Notes under the pieces: model-generated
What the model saw: only the letters and a program-made list of their open reading frames with translations
Database searches by the model: none
What the model was told of the DNA's origin: nothing
Translations under genes and position numbers: made by a program
From: Azolla caroliniana
Lineage: Eukaryota; Plantae; Polypodiophyta
DNA: 64,000 bases
NCBI GenBank assembly: GCA_043228905.1
Contig: JBHGNT010000014.1
Span: forward strand, 15,996,001-16,060,000
Direction of reading: 5' to 3'
Part shown: in pieces, positions 47,701-60,353 of the stretch
Numbering within the stretch: the first letter of the stretch is position 1
Layout of the letters: each line of letters begins with the position of its first letter

Positions 47701-50700
47701 TTTGCGTATTCTGCAAAAAGAAGGGTCATACAAAAGAGCAATGTCGTAAGCTCCAACGAAAAGAGCACGACGCCAAACCTAAAGCTACAGATCATAAAGG
47801 TCAGATTCCTAATGTCCTTCAGGTCTATACACATCATTTGAGTAATTGTCAATGTTCTTTCCCTCATTATGTATTGGGTCCCAATGATTTACTACGTGCA
47901 AACGGGTATATCAATGGATCTCCCGTACAATTTTTATTTGATTCGGGAAGCTCACACAATTTTGTGAATGATCGTTTGGTACAGATATGGGGAATCCAAC
48001 CCACCGTAAGTGATCACACCTACACGGTGCACTTGGCTGATGGAAGAGTACAACACATCAACGGGGCGATTCATTCTTTAGGAATTTCTATTGATACCTA
48101 TATAGAGGAAGTAGACTTCCATGTAATGAATCTTAGTACCACCGATGTAATACTGGGTTATCCCTGGTTTTATAATAAAAGCTCTTCTTTATTTATTGAT
48201 TGGGTTCGCCATTCCATTTCTTTTGTACTCAACGATTGTACGCATTTTATTCAATGTGTAACAAAACAATCCCTCTCGATTGTTTCCTCGTGTCCATCAA
48301 TATCCGAGTTGTCTTGTTCTACGTTATTTTATTGTGTACTTGATCCGGACATTCACGTTTACAATATCGATAATGTCTCGGGTCAATTAACATATTTTGA
48401 ACAAAAACAACTTGATGAAATCGTAAACGATTTCCGTGATGTTTTTCCGAGTGAACTACCCGATGGTTTACCTCCTAAACGTAATATAGACCATCGTATA
48501 GATATTGTACCTGGCATTGCACCCATTAGTATACCTCCGTATCGCCTAAGTCGATCTGAAGAGGATGAGGTAGCTAAGCAACTTAAGGACTATTTATGAA
48601 TGGGTTATATACGTTATAGTAAATCTCCATGGGGTGCACCAGTTCTCTTGGTTAAAAAGAAAGAGGGCACATGGCGTATGTGTATTAATTACCGACGCTT
48701 GAATAAAGTGACGATCAAGAATTCGTACCCATTGCCCCGGGCTGACGATCTAATTGACCGTCTCCAGGGAGCTCGGTATTTTACGAAACTTGATCTCCGT
48801 ACTGGCTACCATCAAATACGAATAAGTGAGGACGATGTTCCTAAAACAGCATTTCGTACGCGCTACGGCCATTATGAGTTTTTGGTTATGCCTTTTGGTT
48901 TGACCAATGCTCCGGCTACATTTCAACAAGAAATGAATGACATTTTCCGAGAACAACTTGGAAAATTTGTCGTTATCTTCTTAGATGATATTTTAGTTTA
49001 TAGCCGTACATTACAAGAACATGCTAGACATGTCCGCTTTGTTTTACAAATATTGCGTGACAAACAATTTTACGCGAAGATCTCAAAATGTGAGTTCTTC
49101 AAGAAATCAATTACTTATCTTGGACATCTCATAACCGAACGAGGAGTTGAAATTGATCCTTCTCGCATCGAGAAAATCAAACTTTGGCCCACTCTTCGGA
49201 ATATTCGAGAAGTTCGATCATTCCTTGGTTTTGTCGGATTTTTGCGAAAATCTCTTCGTAATTACTCACAATTGACGACGCCGTTTACTGATCTTCTAAA
49301 AGGTCAAACGCGTAAGTCTACAAAACCTATTGTGTGGAATGCTACACTAGACCTCGCCTTTAAGGAACTCAAGGACTTGGTATGCAAGGCTCCTTCACTT
49401 CTTTTACCCGATCCTTCAAAACCTTTTGAGGTTGAAACCGACGCAAGCGATTATGCTATAGGTGCTGTCTTGTATCAAGATGGTAAACCAATAGCATTCG
49501 AGAGTAAGAAACTTGATTCTGCTAAATGTCGGTATACCGTTCAAGAAAAGGAATTATTTGCGGTTATACATGCGCTCAAAACATGGCGCCATTATCTTTA
49601 TGGAAATCGCTTTGTGGTAACTACGGACCACGAGTCCTTGAAATATTTTTGTGACCAACAAGACCTGAAAGGTCGTAAGGCACGATGGGCTGATCTCATC
49701 CAGGACTTTGATTTTTCCATACGATATCGTAAAGGTTCCATGAATACTGTCGCTGATGCACTAAGTCGCATCCGTGAAGTTAACATGCTTAGCTTCACTG
49801 AAATAACATCAGATCTTTATGATCACCTTCGAGGAAAGTATCCTGATGACAATTATTTTGCAAAATACTGGGCAAGAGTCGAGTCTGGAACAGACACCAC
49901 CACACCCTCGAAGGAATACTTCCACATTGCTAACGGTCTGCTCTACCGTAATGGGAAGGTTTGTGTTCCAGATTTACCTGAGGTCAAAAAGAGAATTCTT
50001 TTTGAATGCCATGATGCACCCTCAGCAGGGCACCCTGGAATACATCGTACACTCGTTCTCATCTCCACTCAATTTTATTGGCCTAAGATGCGTCCTGACA
50101 TACATAGCTATGTGACTAAATGTCACCAATGTCAGGTTAACAAAGCCGAGCGACTTAAAGCCGCAGGACTTTTACATCCCTTGGACATTCCCAATAATAA
50201 GTGGGAAAGTATATCCATGGATTTTATTGTTAGCCTTCCTCGCACCCAAAAAGGTCATGATGCCATATGGGTTGTGGTTGACAGACTAACTAAAATGGCC
50301 AGATTTATTGCTACTAAAACCACGGTAACAGCTCCTGAATTGGCTTACCAATTCGTTGATGAGTTATTTCGTTTTTACGGGTTACCGATGGATATCGTGA
50401 GTGACCGAGATCCGAAGTTTACTAGTGACTTCTGGACGCAAGTCTTTAAGAAGTTAGAAACTACGTTGAGCATGAGCTCCACGGATCATCCTCAATCCGA
50501 TGGACAGACAGAACGAGTAAATCAAATTATTGAGGACATGCTTCGAGCATATGTTGGTGCAAAACCAACAAAATGGGAACGTTACCTCCCAATTTTGGAG
50601 TTTGCTTATAACAGCTCCAAGCATACGTCGACGGGATATAGTCCTTTTATGTTGATGTGTGGATTTCAGCCACGAGCCCCGATTGATGTTAATATACATC

Positions 50701-51750
50701 ATGATGAGTTGCGAAGTACGCAAAACTTTCTTCGGGATATGCAAGATATGTTGCATATTGCACGGGATAATATAAAAACAGCTCAAGATAGAGCGCGTTT
50801 TTATGCCGATCATCACAGGCAACCTCGTGTATTCAGCCCTGGACAGAAGGTATTTTTACGTGTACCTCACAATTCTAAGACATTGTCTACGGGTAAGTGC
50901 GCTAAGTTAGCCCCACGGTTTTGTGGACCTTTTACAGTCCTCAAACGCATTGGATCATCAGCCTATTGTCTCGCTCTTCCCGATGGTGTTGGAATCCATC
51001 CAGTCTTTCATGTAAGTCGTCTAAAAGAACTTCTAGGTTCTGGCGACAATACAGTTACAACTGAAACTCTGGTTACTTCTGAAGATTTATCTTCTAAACC
51101 ACATGTACCAGAAAGAATTCTCGATGTTAAAACAAAAAAATTACGTGCTAAGGAAATCCGAGAATTTAAAATAAAATGGATGGATAAATCAATCAAAGAT
51201 GCCACATGGGAACGCGAAACGACTCTAAGAACTAACTTCCCTAACTTTCCATTGCAAGAGTGCAATGTTTTAAAGAGGGGGAGTATGTTACGGGCATGAC
51301 CATATAATATCCCGTGGTGAGAATTGTCGTAGTATTCTATACACGTGGATAAGTGTGAGGGTTAAACAAAGAGTCTAAAGAAGGGGAGGATTACTTTTAA
51401 TCCTCGGGATTGAGACAACCCATGAGGCCAAGTGTGAACATGGCTGGGGGCCTTGAGAATTACTATAAATAAGAGGCCTAGCTACCCTCATTGGGGCATG
51501 CATTGACTACGTCGAGACTCTGTCCGTGAGTGGAACGACTCTTGTAGCAAGCGCGCTATCGTCCAGGTACGACTCGACGCCAAGGCGGTGGTATGGGACG
51601 CCGATCGAGGCTCGAGTCCGTCTCGATCCCTTCGCTCGGGGGTGGTCGGGTGGATCGGCACCCTTCTTTCTCTCTTTTCTCTCTATTCTTTCTAGATCTA
51701 TCATTGATATATCCTTATTTTATGCTTACTTTAGTACCTAATCTCTAATA
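44702..51750 (+). mobile_element. Full-length Ty3/Gypsy chromovirus D (same family as C)
   Basis: LTRs 44702-45166 and 51286-51750 (465 bp, identical by eye). TSD GGCCA at 44697-44701 and 51751-51755. tRNA-iMet PBS at 45169-45181, PPT before 51286. Confidence 0.97.
46776..51299 (+). pseudogene. Gag-Pol of element D with one premature stop
   Basis: ORFs 46776-48599 and 48600-51299 are in frame. TGA at 48597-48599 corresponds to CGA (Arg) in element C. Confidence 0.93.
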
Positions 51751-52199
51751 GGCCACATTTAACATACCTGTCCACCAAAGCATTCCCAAGTTCAATATTG
51801 TCTTCCAACAGTCTCACGATTTCATTGTGAATTTCTATGCCCTTATCAACTACCACTACACTGCCACGGTCCTTTAGCAAACTTACAAGGGTGTTTGCAT
51901 CCGGAAGTAGTCCAATTACTGCAGTAGCATCTTCAAAAATGCCACATTTATGCCACATTTAGCACATGCATCAACTAGAATAGCCACAAGACACAAATCT
52001 GAATCAAACTCCCTTTCAATGATGTCATTATGGATTTCTTGCCCTCTTCTCATACTTTTAGGCTTATCCATGCCTTCAAAGTAAAAATATAGGTCACAAA
52101 AATTCGCATAGTCCCTTTCAACTACTCTTAGACTGCTATAGACATATGTTTGTCCCTGAGCATAAGAAATAATAGTTATACATTGACACATGCCTCATG

Positions 52200-52900
52200 T
52201 TGGTGGAGGAAATAACCAGAGTGATGGCTGATACCTCCAACGTATACCACCATTAACCATGCAGAATACCTTCATCCTTTCCCATCTCTTCTTAAAAACC
52301 CACAACATTCCATTGAATTCGCTGAAATATCCTTCGACATCTACTAGTCCACAAAACCCATATAATTATTGAACTAATCGTCTCCCAAACCACGCCATTT
52401 TGGACTGAATTAATAGGCATGTATGATGACACTTCCTCAACATATCAACCTCTTGTATATATGCAAAGTTAACATTTTCTTTTTCATAATCTTGTACCTC
52501 ACCCTTAATATTAGCCCACATAACTGCCCCCCATTTATATATTCTAGAGCCATAAACCTCATGCAAGAGACGTAAAAATATTTTCCAAACCAATTTGGCA
52601 GCCATACATGACCAAAATAGGTGATGAAGAGACTCCACTTCTAAACCACAAAAATCACACATCTTATCCACTTCTTTACAATGCATCCAAGCCCTAACAG
52701 GAACCGCATAATTAACCATCAACCATCTAAATAGAATAATCTTCTTTGGAATTTGCATAGCCCATAGCCATTTCCAAAATGTTGTCATGTAAGTAGGATC
52801 CACATTATAAGTCAACCATTTTATTGTTGTTGTCGGCCAATGGGGTACTCTACGTCTTATCATCTCCCTTCCCAATCGAATGGAATACTGAAAAAACGGA
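52200..52900 (-). mobile_element. L1-clade LINE fragment (zf-RVT region)
   Basis: FWKWLWAMQIPKKIILFRWL...CDFCGLEVESLHHLFWSC..AKLVWK matches the plant L1 zinc-binding domain pattern. Confidence 0.8.
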
Positions 52901-55900
52901 ATTGGCCTAACATCCTACCCAGAATATGATGTAGGCAACCACTTCCATTCTCCTGGGTCCCAATCCAGTTCACATTATTATAGGCAAACTCTACCATGGG
53001 GAGCAACCAAATAATCTTGTTGATGGGAGATCAAACAACATAAATATTGTCCAAGGTTTGATTAGTTCATTAAGTTTAACCATTGCTTTCTAGGTGATGC
53101 CAGAGGATAATGATTTATGGATTTGCAAGAGTTCCAAAAATGTTTCCGAAAACTCAGAGGAATTGTAGACCTTGATAACTAATAATAATATCTAGACTAT
53201 GAAGGAGAAATTATTCTCGAAGTAGAAATGAGGTTGTAGCTTCATTCATAACAATTGGTGAATATAGAATAAAATATATCATTTTCGAGAACGATCAACA
53301 ACCACAAGAATGGAATCATAGTTATGAAATCGTGGAAGTTCAAGGATGAAGTCAATGGAGATGTTTTTGTATGGTCTCTTAGGTATTTGAAAGGGATGAA
53401 CTAACCCATGTAGCTAATGTCGAGGGGTTTTTCACTTGAGAACTACTATCACATGAATTGATGAAGGCTTGAATGGATTTCTAGAGGGAAGAACACCAAT
53501 CGTTTCTACTTATGAGCTCGGTTGTTTGAGTGAATCCAAAATGTCCAACCACAAGAGAATTGTGGAAAACTTGAAGAATTTCTTGATGGCGTGGTCCATC
53601 AGGAATATATAATGAATTGTGCACCCATCATGCACTTGAAAAGAATCATAATCATGTATAGTTAAGGTGGATGATGGTATGGAGGAATCCAAATGCTTAG
53701 TAGCTCTTGTGCTGATGTATCTATATCCAATTAGCCATAGATTGTGCTTATAAAATATGTGTCTTGAGATGTTGAAAGGATGTGTCTTCATTGTTCTAGT
53801 TTTCGAAGAACATGGAAGAAATGGCATTGGTGCTCTAGTAAGGTATTTGAGTACATTCACATATCATCTAAATATATGGTTACAAAAACATCAAAAAATT
53901 CTTAGAAAACATCATTTGCCACGAGTTGAAAGGTTGATGGAGCATTGGTAAGACAAACAACATGATTGTATATTCAAAATTACCATACCAAGTGTGGAAA
54001 GAAATTTTCCATTCATCTCTTTCTTGAATACAAATGAGAGTGTATGCCACATGAAGACCTATCTTAGTAAATCATTTGGAAGCATTTTAACATCTCTAGG
54101 AGTGGTAGAGGACATTAACATAGAATGATGACTTTGTTGAGGCCTTGGATAATCAACCACCAATTGTAAAGTATTATCTTTTTTCTTGACAAAGAAGATG
54201 GGTGCACTTATTGGTGAACGAGAATGTCCAATGAATACAGAGACTCAATTTTCTTCTATGTAAACGTGAAGTGCTTCGAGATCTGTAGGTGATAAAACAT
54301 AAATGGGCCCAAATGGAGGTGCAGTACATTGTTGTAGCTCTATTGAGCAATCATAGCTCGATGTTCTGGTGGTCATGTGGCCTTGACCTTGTCAAATACA
54401 TCAACAAACTCTTGATATTTCTTTAGTACATTTGGCATTGGTTTCGCATAGTGGAATGAACGGGATAAACTTGAATAACGAAGATTATTTGAGCATCATC
54501 TTTACCGGATTGTATGAAGTTATGTAATGATAATATTGAGACTTGTAGTGGAGTCAGGGAACACGCCTTGTAAATAGAGGAAGAAGTAGATTCTTTATTG
54601 TCTTGAGATAGCAAGAGAGGATTGACATATGAAAGCTTACAAACGGTTGAACTAGAATAAGGAATAATATCAATAACTTGAGAATGCTTGACATGATTTG
54701 GGGACACATGAGAAGAAACATGGACAAAAGAAACAAGACTAGGTTCTTGATTTCAAGAGACATGATCAAGAGATATAAAACTGGAAAATAAGAAAGATTG
54801 AGAAGACCAATCAATATATGCATTCCATAATTCAACCTAGGGTAACCTCAAGATGATTGGTACATGAGGGCTAGAAATTAGTCAAAACGATATTACGCAT
54901 GGAGTCCCTTTGATTTTTACTTCCAAAGGTAGTGTACAATATGTTACAACACTTGAGGAGGGTTCACATACCTCCACAACTAGCATGTGTTGTAAGGCCA
55001 TAATTGGAATTTGAGAAAATCGAGAAAACTCACAATCCATGAAACATGTGTTTGCTCCAATGTCAAGTCGTCCTCATGTAGAGCATTTCATTTCTTGAAA
55101 CCATAATTGTATTAGCAAGACTATGGTCTTACTTAACTAATTGTATGGAATGAAACCACCAGACAAAGTACTTGATGGCCAATTGATGAGAGACGCCTAC
55201 TCAAACCAACCATCCTTGTGTCCAAACTTTGTGGGACACCACTTTTTGCCTTGTGTGGTTGTTTCATTTCTTAAGGGAGGGGGCCGTTATTAGAGTGATC
55301 CACTTTCATGGGCACTAGCCCATCACCATTTGTCTGTGATTGTGTACATGAGGGAGAGACTAGAGTCAATGGAAAGAATTGTATTCATGACTTTAACGCT
55401 CGTGCATTCGTTTAAAAAAGCAATTGTCACATCGAACTACAAGCTCGATCATATCTTCTAAGAAATGTGGATCTAACATTATGAGCAATAGATCTTGGGC
55501 ATTGTCACACAATCCATGGCGAAAACAATCTCATAGAGCCATATCATTCCAATTGGTGTTCATTGTTGTCCAACGAAATTATGAGGCATACTTCGATGCT
55601 AGGTGAAAACCATTTTCATATTTCTAATCCTAGTTACTACAGTTCTTTGACTATCACTTGAATCCCCAAAACATGACTTAAACTATGCAATAAAAGCTTC
55701 AAAATCATGAATCTCAAGAGCATCCTTTTCTAAGATTGGATAAAACCATTCGATGCAAAACTAGTTAATAATGTTGTAATAGGACCTACACACGGTTCTT
55801 CAATAGGATATGCAGATGGATGTAATTGAAGGACTAGACATATATAATCTAGAAATTCACATAAATTAGATTGATTGTTGTCAAATGATGCAGGTAATTT

Positions 55901-56266
55901 AACCTTAGAACTTCATGGGGTTATTGAGAAGTGGAATCTTCCCTGGTTGACTATTCTCGGATTGTAGCTTGACGACCATCTACCAAATCCGTGCAATTTG
56001 TTGCCTCAATAATTTAGAATATCACGACTAGATATGCTTTCCTCCATAATGTTTGAGCTTTTTATGTACCTAGATAAATAGTACATTAAACATAAGTTGG
56101 ATTCCAGTTCAATTTGTCATGGACCAATCTGAGAATCAAAAACAAAGATATACACGAGAAGGCCCACAATTGGTGTTGAACTAGAATGGTTCAACAAGAG
56201 TATGAGGCTTGCCTATATCTCTCCACTCAACCCAAGTGTTGAACATTCACATGTAGTAAGTTGACA
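52900..56266 (-). mobile_element. Highly degenerate Tcn1-like Gypsy remnant with a short putative 5' LTR (56266-56115)
   Basis: Minus-strand remnants: protease LDIGANTCFMD (~55050), PPFGPIYVLSPTDLEAL..SPISAPIFFVKKKD (~54200-54330), integrase ISIDFILELP..YDSILVVVDR (~53300-53360). Putative LTR TGTCA...TGACA. Confidence 0.75.
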
Positions 56267-59200
56267 CATAGCTTCTCGACTAGTCATGTGTGTGTGTGTG
56301 TGTGCGCGCGCGCGTGTTCCGCCTTAAGACACAAGTTTGAGTGTGATTTGCATGTGGAATAACGATCACACTAACATTACATCATCCATGTTTGCACTCA
56401 GGCTTTGGACAAAAAAGGATCCATTGTTGTTAATTTACCAATTTTGGAGACATTCATGTTTACATAAATGGGATTAGGTATATACGTGGTATGAATGTAA
56501 CATATTTCTCTAAATTGATATTATGTTTCTAGAATATTGAGAGTACATGTGTAATGCTTTATTGATTGTTGCCACACAATGTATGACATTTCAATTTGCA
56601 ATGGCAATTATATTCATAGATGGTGTATGCCTTTGAAGGTAGTCATATTAAATTAACACATTTCATCCGGCATTTTCAATGGAATCCCTCATAATATCTT
56701 ATTTTGATAATGATAAGGTGAACCTCCAAACATTATTATGCGGAAGATATTTATCTAGACGAGCCAAGGGAAACAGGAAATCACATAATTGCATAAGATA
56801 ATAATGGAAACAACTAAGAGACGTCAGTGGAACAATGTGAACATGATTGGAGAATGTGCGTTCATTTTCGCATCACTTTGTATTCATGAGTCATAAAGGT
56901 GATCGTAGCCTCTTTATATCCATTTGACTAGAATTCAAAATATACTTTTCTTGAGAATTCCGTAATGCTCCTATTTCCGTAGGACTTTGTGTGTGCCATA
57001 TGGTCATAATCCTAATGTACTTTGATGTCATTCTAGATCAATAAATGAATTATTCCTCTTGATAATATACTTTGCATCTATTGAATTATTACTCGTATCG
57101 TGATAAAATATGCGAGTTTTCTTTGGTTTATACCTTGATTCCTTATGGATGCCACTTTGGGTATACGAAGACAATTCATCAATGTATACATGGTGGAATT
57201 TTTTAGAATTATATGAGAGGAATTCTTGGCGAGCACGTTGGTTTGTTTGACAAGGGAATTTTTTAGTGTCACCCAAAAACATGAGTTTTTAAATTTCTTA
57301 ACATTCCATAGTTTTACTCGATCTATCATATCATGTCATTTTCTTCACTATTACCACACATGAGTATATTAAAGCGAGGGCACATTCACCTTAAGATTAG
57401 ATGAAGGTTCATACTCGGTTTTGGGGAGGAGCTAGATTAATTGCCCACCGTAAAAGGGTGGTTTTCACTTTATTACAACTCTTCTTTATTTTCATTTGAC
57501 AAGGTTACAATTTTCATGAATGATTTGCATGTCTTGAGATGTGGACTAGTTGAGTGCTTTGATGTTATCACTTCATATGAGTAGGAAGACATTCTTTGGC
57601 ATATTCTCTTTGATAAAGAAAGGTGCAATATATTTGTAGACTTTTGAGATTTGAAGAATTTAGCTTATAGTTCATCTCTTGATTGGAACACAAAGGCAAA
57701 GTCGTAAGGTTGTAGTATGTTTTAAGATTGTTGTTTAAGAGGTTGTTATCATTTATATGCGAAAATCAACAATCTAAATGCTCAATTTTGAAATCTTCGT
57801 CACCCATCCATGAAATATCAAAGTTAGCATTACGACTACAGTGATTTACTTAATTTCTTATAATGCAACTAGCAATTCTCTACTTTTTGCGTTACTTTTT
57901 CATGAGCTAGTGCATATGGCAAGAAAACCTTTGTTTCGAGTTTTGTGGCCAATCTTCCATTAAGTTTTCTAGTGACCCAATTCCATAGAAGTTGATCTCT
58001 CGTATGAATCACAAAAGATGGTGTCAAAATCTATCCACTTCATTCTAAGAGCAAAGAAAGTGGCAACATCAACATTATGCCAAGTCAAGTTAAACCTTGA
58101 ATCAAGATACGTTGAGAGGATCTCTACAAGTGTTTTTGTGGTTCAATGTTTCACCCCAACTACATTTATTCACCGATAGAGTCTTCCTTCCACATGACTA
58201 TTGTTAGGTGGGTTTGAACTATCATCTATCCTGATGTTGATGATGTGGGTAGGTACGAGTGGTAAGCCATTTCTAAGCATATTATAGTCTTTACATTGCC
58301 TTATCTCACACGTGTCTTCTCCCATTGGTTTTCTTATCTCTTGCAACTACGACAACCATTTAACAGTAAGTACGAAGAATTTATTGAAAAATCTTGAGAA
58401 GTGATGGCAAAATGTATGTCTATTCTCACCTCGAGGTCTACTTCACATAAAATAAATAGCTACATGGGTGGAAAAACCTTGAACTTTTTTAGGAGAAGTC
58501 AAAATGGCAAAGCATGCATGTACTACCCCTCAGAGTATTTGCCATATGTGAAGAAAGGCGCACCTCTTGCTTGGGCACTCAATGATGAAAGCATAATTTG
58601 AAATGCATGGCTTATTTGTTCAAGAATTTACAAACAATTATTTGAATGGCACAAGATGAAGAGGAGGTTTTGAGACTAGAAAAGACTGCCTTTTGTCCAA
58701 TGAGATGCTTGACTGTCCAAACACCCATCTTCAATTGTTGTTACACTATTGCCTAAGAGGCCTTTAGACAACGGAATGAACCATTCCCAATGCTTGGCTA
58801 TCTTGTCACATTGGTCTTGTGGCTTTTGCACTAACCATACTATATAGTATGTAGCCTAAAGCAGTCGACTTCTTGGATGATACCATTGTACGACCACAAC
58901 CAATAAGGTTGTAAAGCTCTAATTATAACTCTAACACAAGGTTTTCCTAGTATAATGAAGTAAATTACAACAGTGTTGAAGATGTTACCTAAATGTAGCA
59001 TTGCATTAAATCCAAACATATTACATAGCTTGCCATAATTCTAAATAAATAACATCTTTCTATAGAACTAGAGAGACCAAAAAAAGGATTAAAAGGTTAT
59101 ATGCAATTCTCAATTTAATATGGAATGAATAAGACAATAAGTAGTTTAAACTTCTTATCAAATTCAAATGGAGCATGGAAACATGTAGTTATGATGATGT

Positions 59201-60353
59201 TTGTTTCAAAGGGGACCAACATGAGTAGAAGTGTAAAAGGCAAGTATGAGGATATTCTGAAGAATCTACTCTCAATGGAATTCTTGTTTTTGTGGAAAAG
59301 TTATGCGACAACAACGACAAACACGGAAATCAATATGTTGATTTGAAATGCCAATCCATGTCAAGTCACCCACAAAAATCGAAGTGCTACTAAGATATGA
59401 ACACTCAATTTACTAAATTAAGAAATAAAATGCCTATAAAAAGATTGAAGAAATCTTAATTAAAGGTAATGTATACACCTATAAACACAAAAACCATTGA
59501 ATTGTTATGATGCCTTTGTGTGTGGCAAAAGTATCTTGAAATATCTATTAAGATAAAATTACTGAAGCTAGTTAAACAAGTGAGCAAGAGGGAAAACTAG
59601 TTTTAGGTTACAAATATCTTTAAGATAAAATTACCGAAGCTACCGAAGCTAGTTAAAGAAGTTACATGGCAATCCAAATTTAGGCCATAACACATAACAT
59701 GGTTGGAATTTGGTCATCTAATCATTTTTAAGCACTTTCTAATTGTAACTTATTTCATTTTACAAACCCACCATCATGCCTTGTGGGAAGGCATGACGTA
59801 TAGTAGAATCATGTAGTTTTGTTAAGTGTTGTTACACATATGGTGGTACTTTCATTCGGCAACTACTCTTATTTCATCCCACACAAACAATTAGGTCTAA
59901 TGCACAACAATAACTCATTTTTTGGAGCTTCTCATAAACAAGTGCAAATCTCCACGTTTGGATGGTATACATTCATTGCTGGCCTCCACACAATGCATTG
60001 GTTGGAAAAACAACTGTTTTTTGTCAATTTCCCCCGTAGCTTGAACTAATTTAAGAATATACTTAAAAACTATTCGCCTTCCGAATTTTCGTAACATGGC
60101 ATGCTCTCCACATATCGAGTTCACCGTATGTAAGGAAGTTGCGTTCTCTTAACAAACACACTAAATAACCGCCTGTTTCTGAATTCATATGTCAAAAAGA
60201 AAGAAAGAAAAATCTCACATAACAATGTAATACAATATCAGGGAAAGAGAGAAGTAAGAGAGAGATAGAATGAATTCAATTGCATGACAATCTTTCCCTT
60301 TTAATTAATAAGATCCATCCACAAACTTGTAGAACACTATTATGGCATTGGTT

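Larger units (their letters stand above)
44370..52200 (-). pseudogene. PLS-class PPR gene remnant (44370-44696 + 51756-52200) split by element D
   Basis: RGQEIHNDIIEREFDSDLCLVAILVDACAKCG and GIEIHNEIVRLLEDNIELGNALVDRYVKCG. Removing element D rejoins KCG|QLGKNQKTFYDL. Frameshifts and stops are present. Confidence 0.75.

Noticed and set aside
56300-59500. Possibly a decayed DNA transposon or gene
   Set aside because: No motif, TIR or TSD could be identified by eye; needs a translated homology search.
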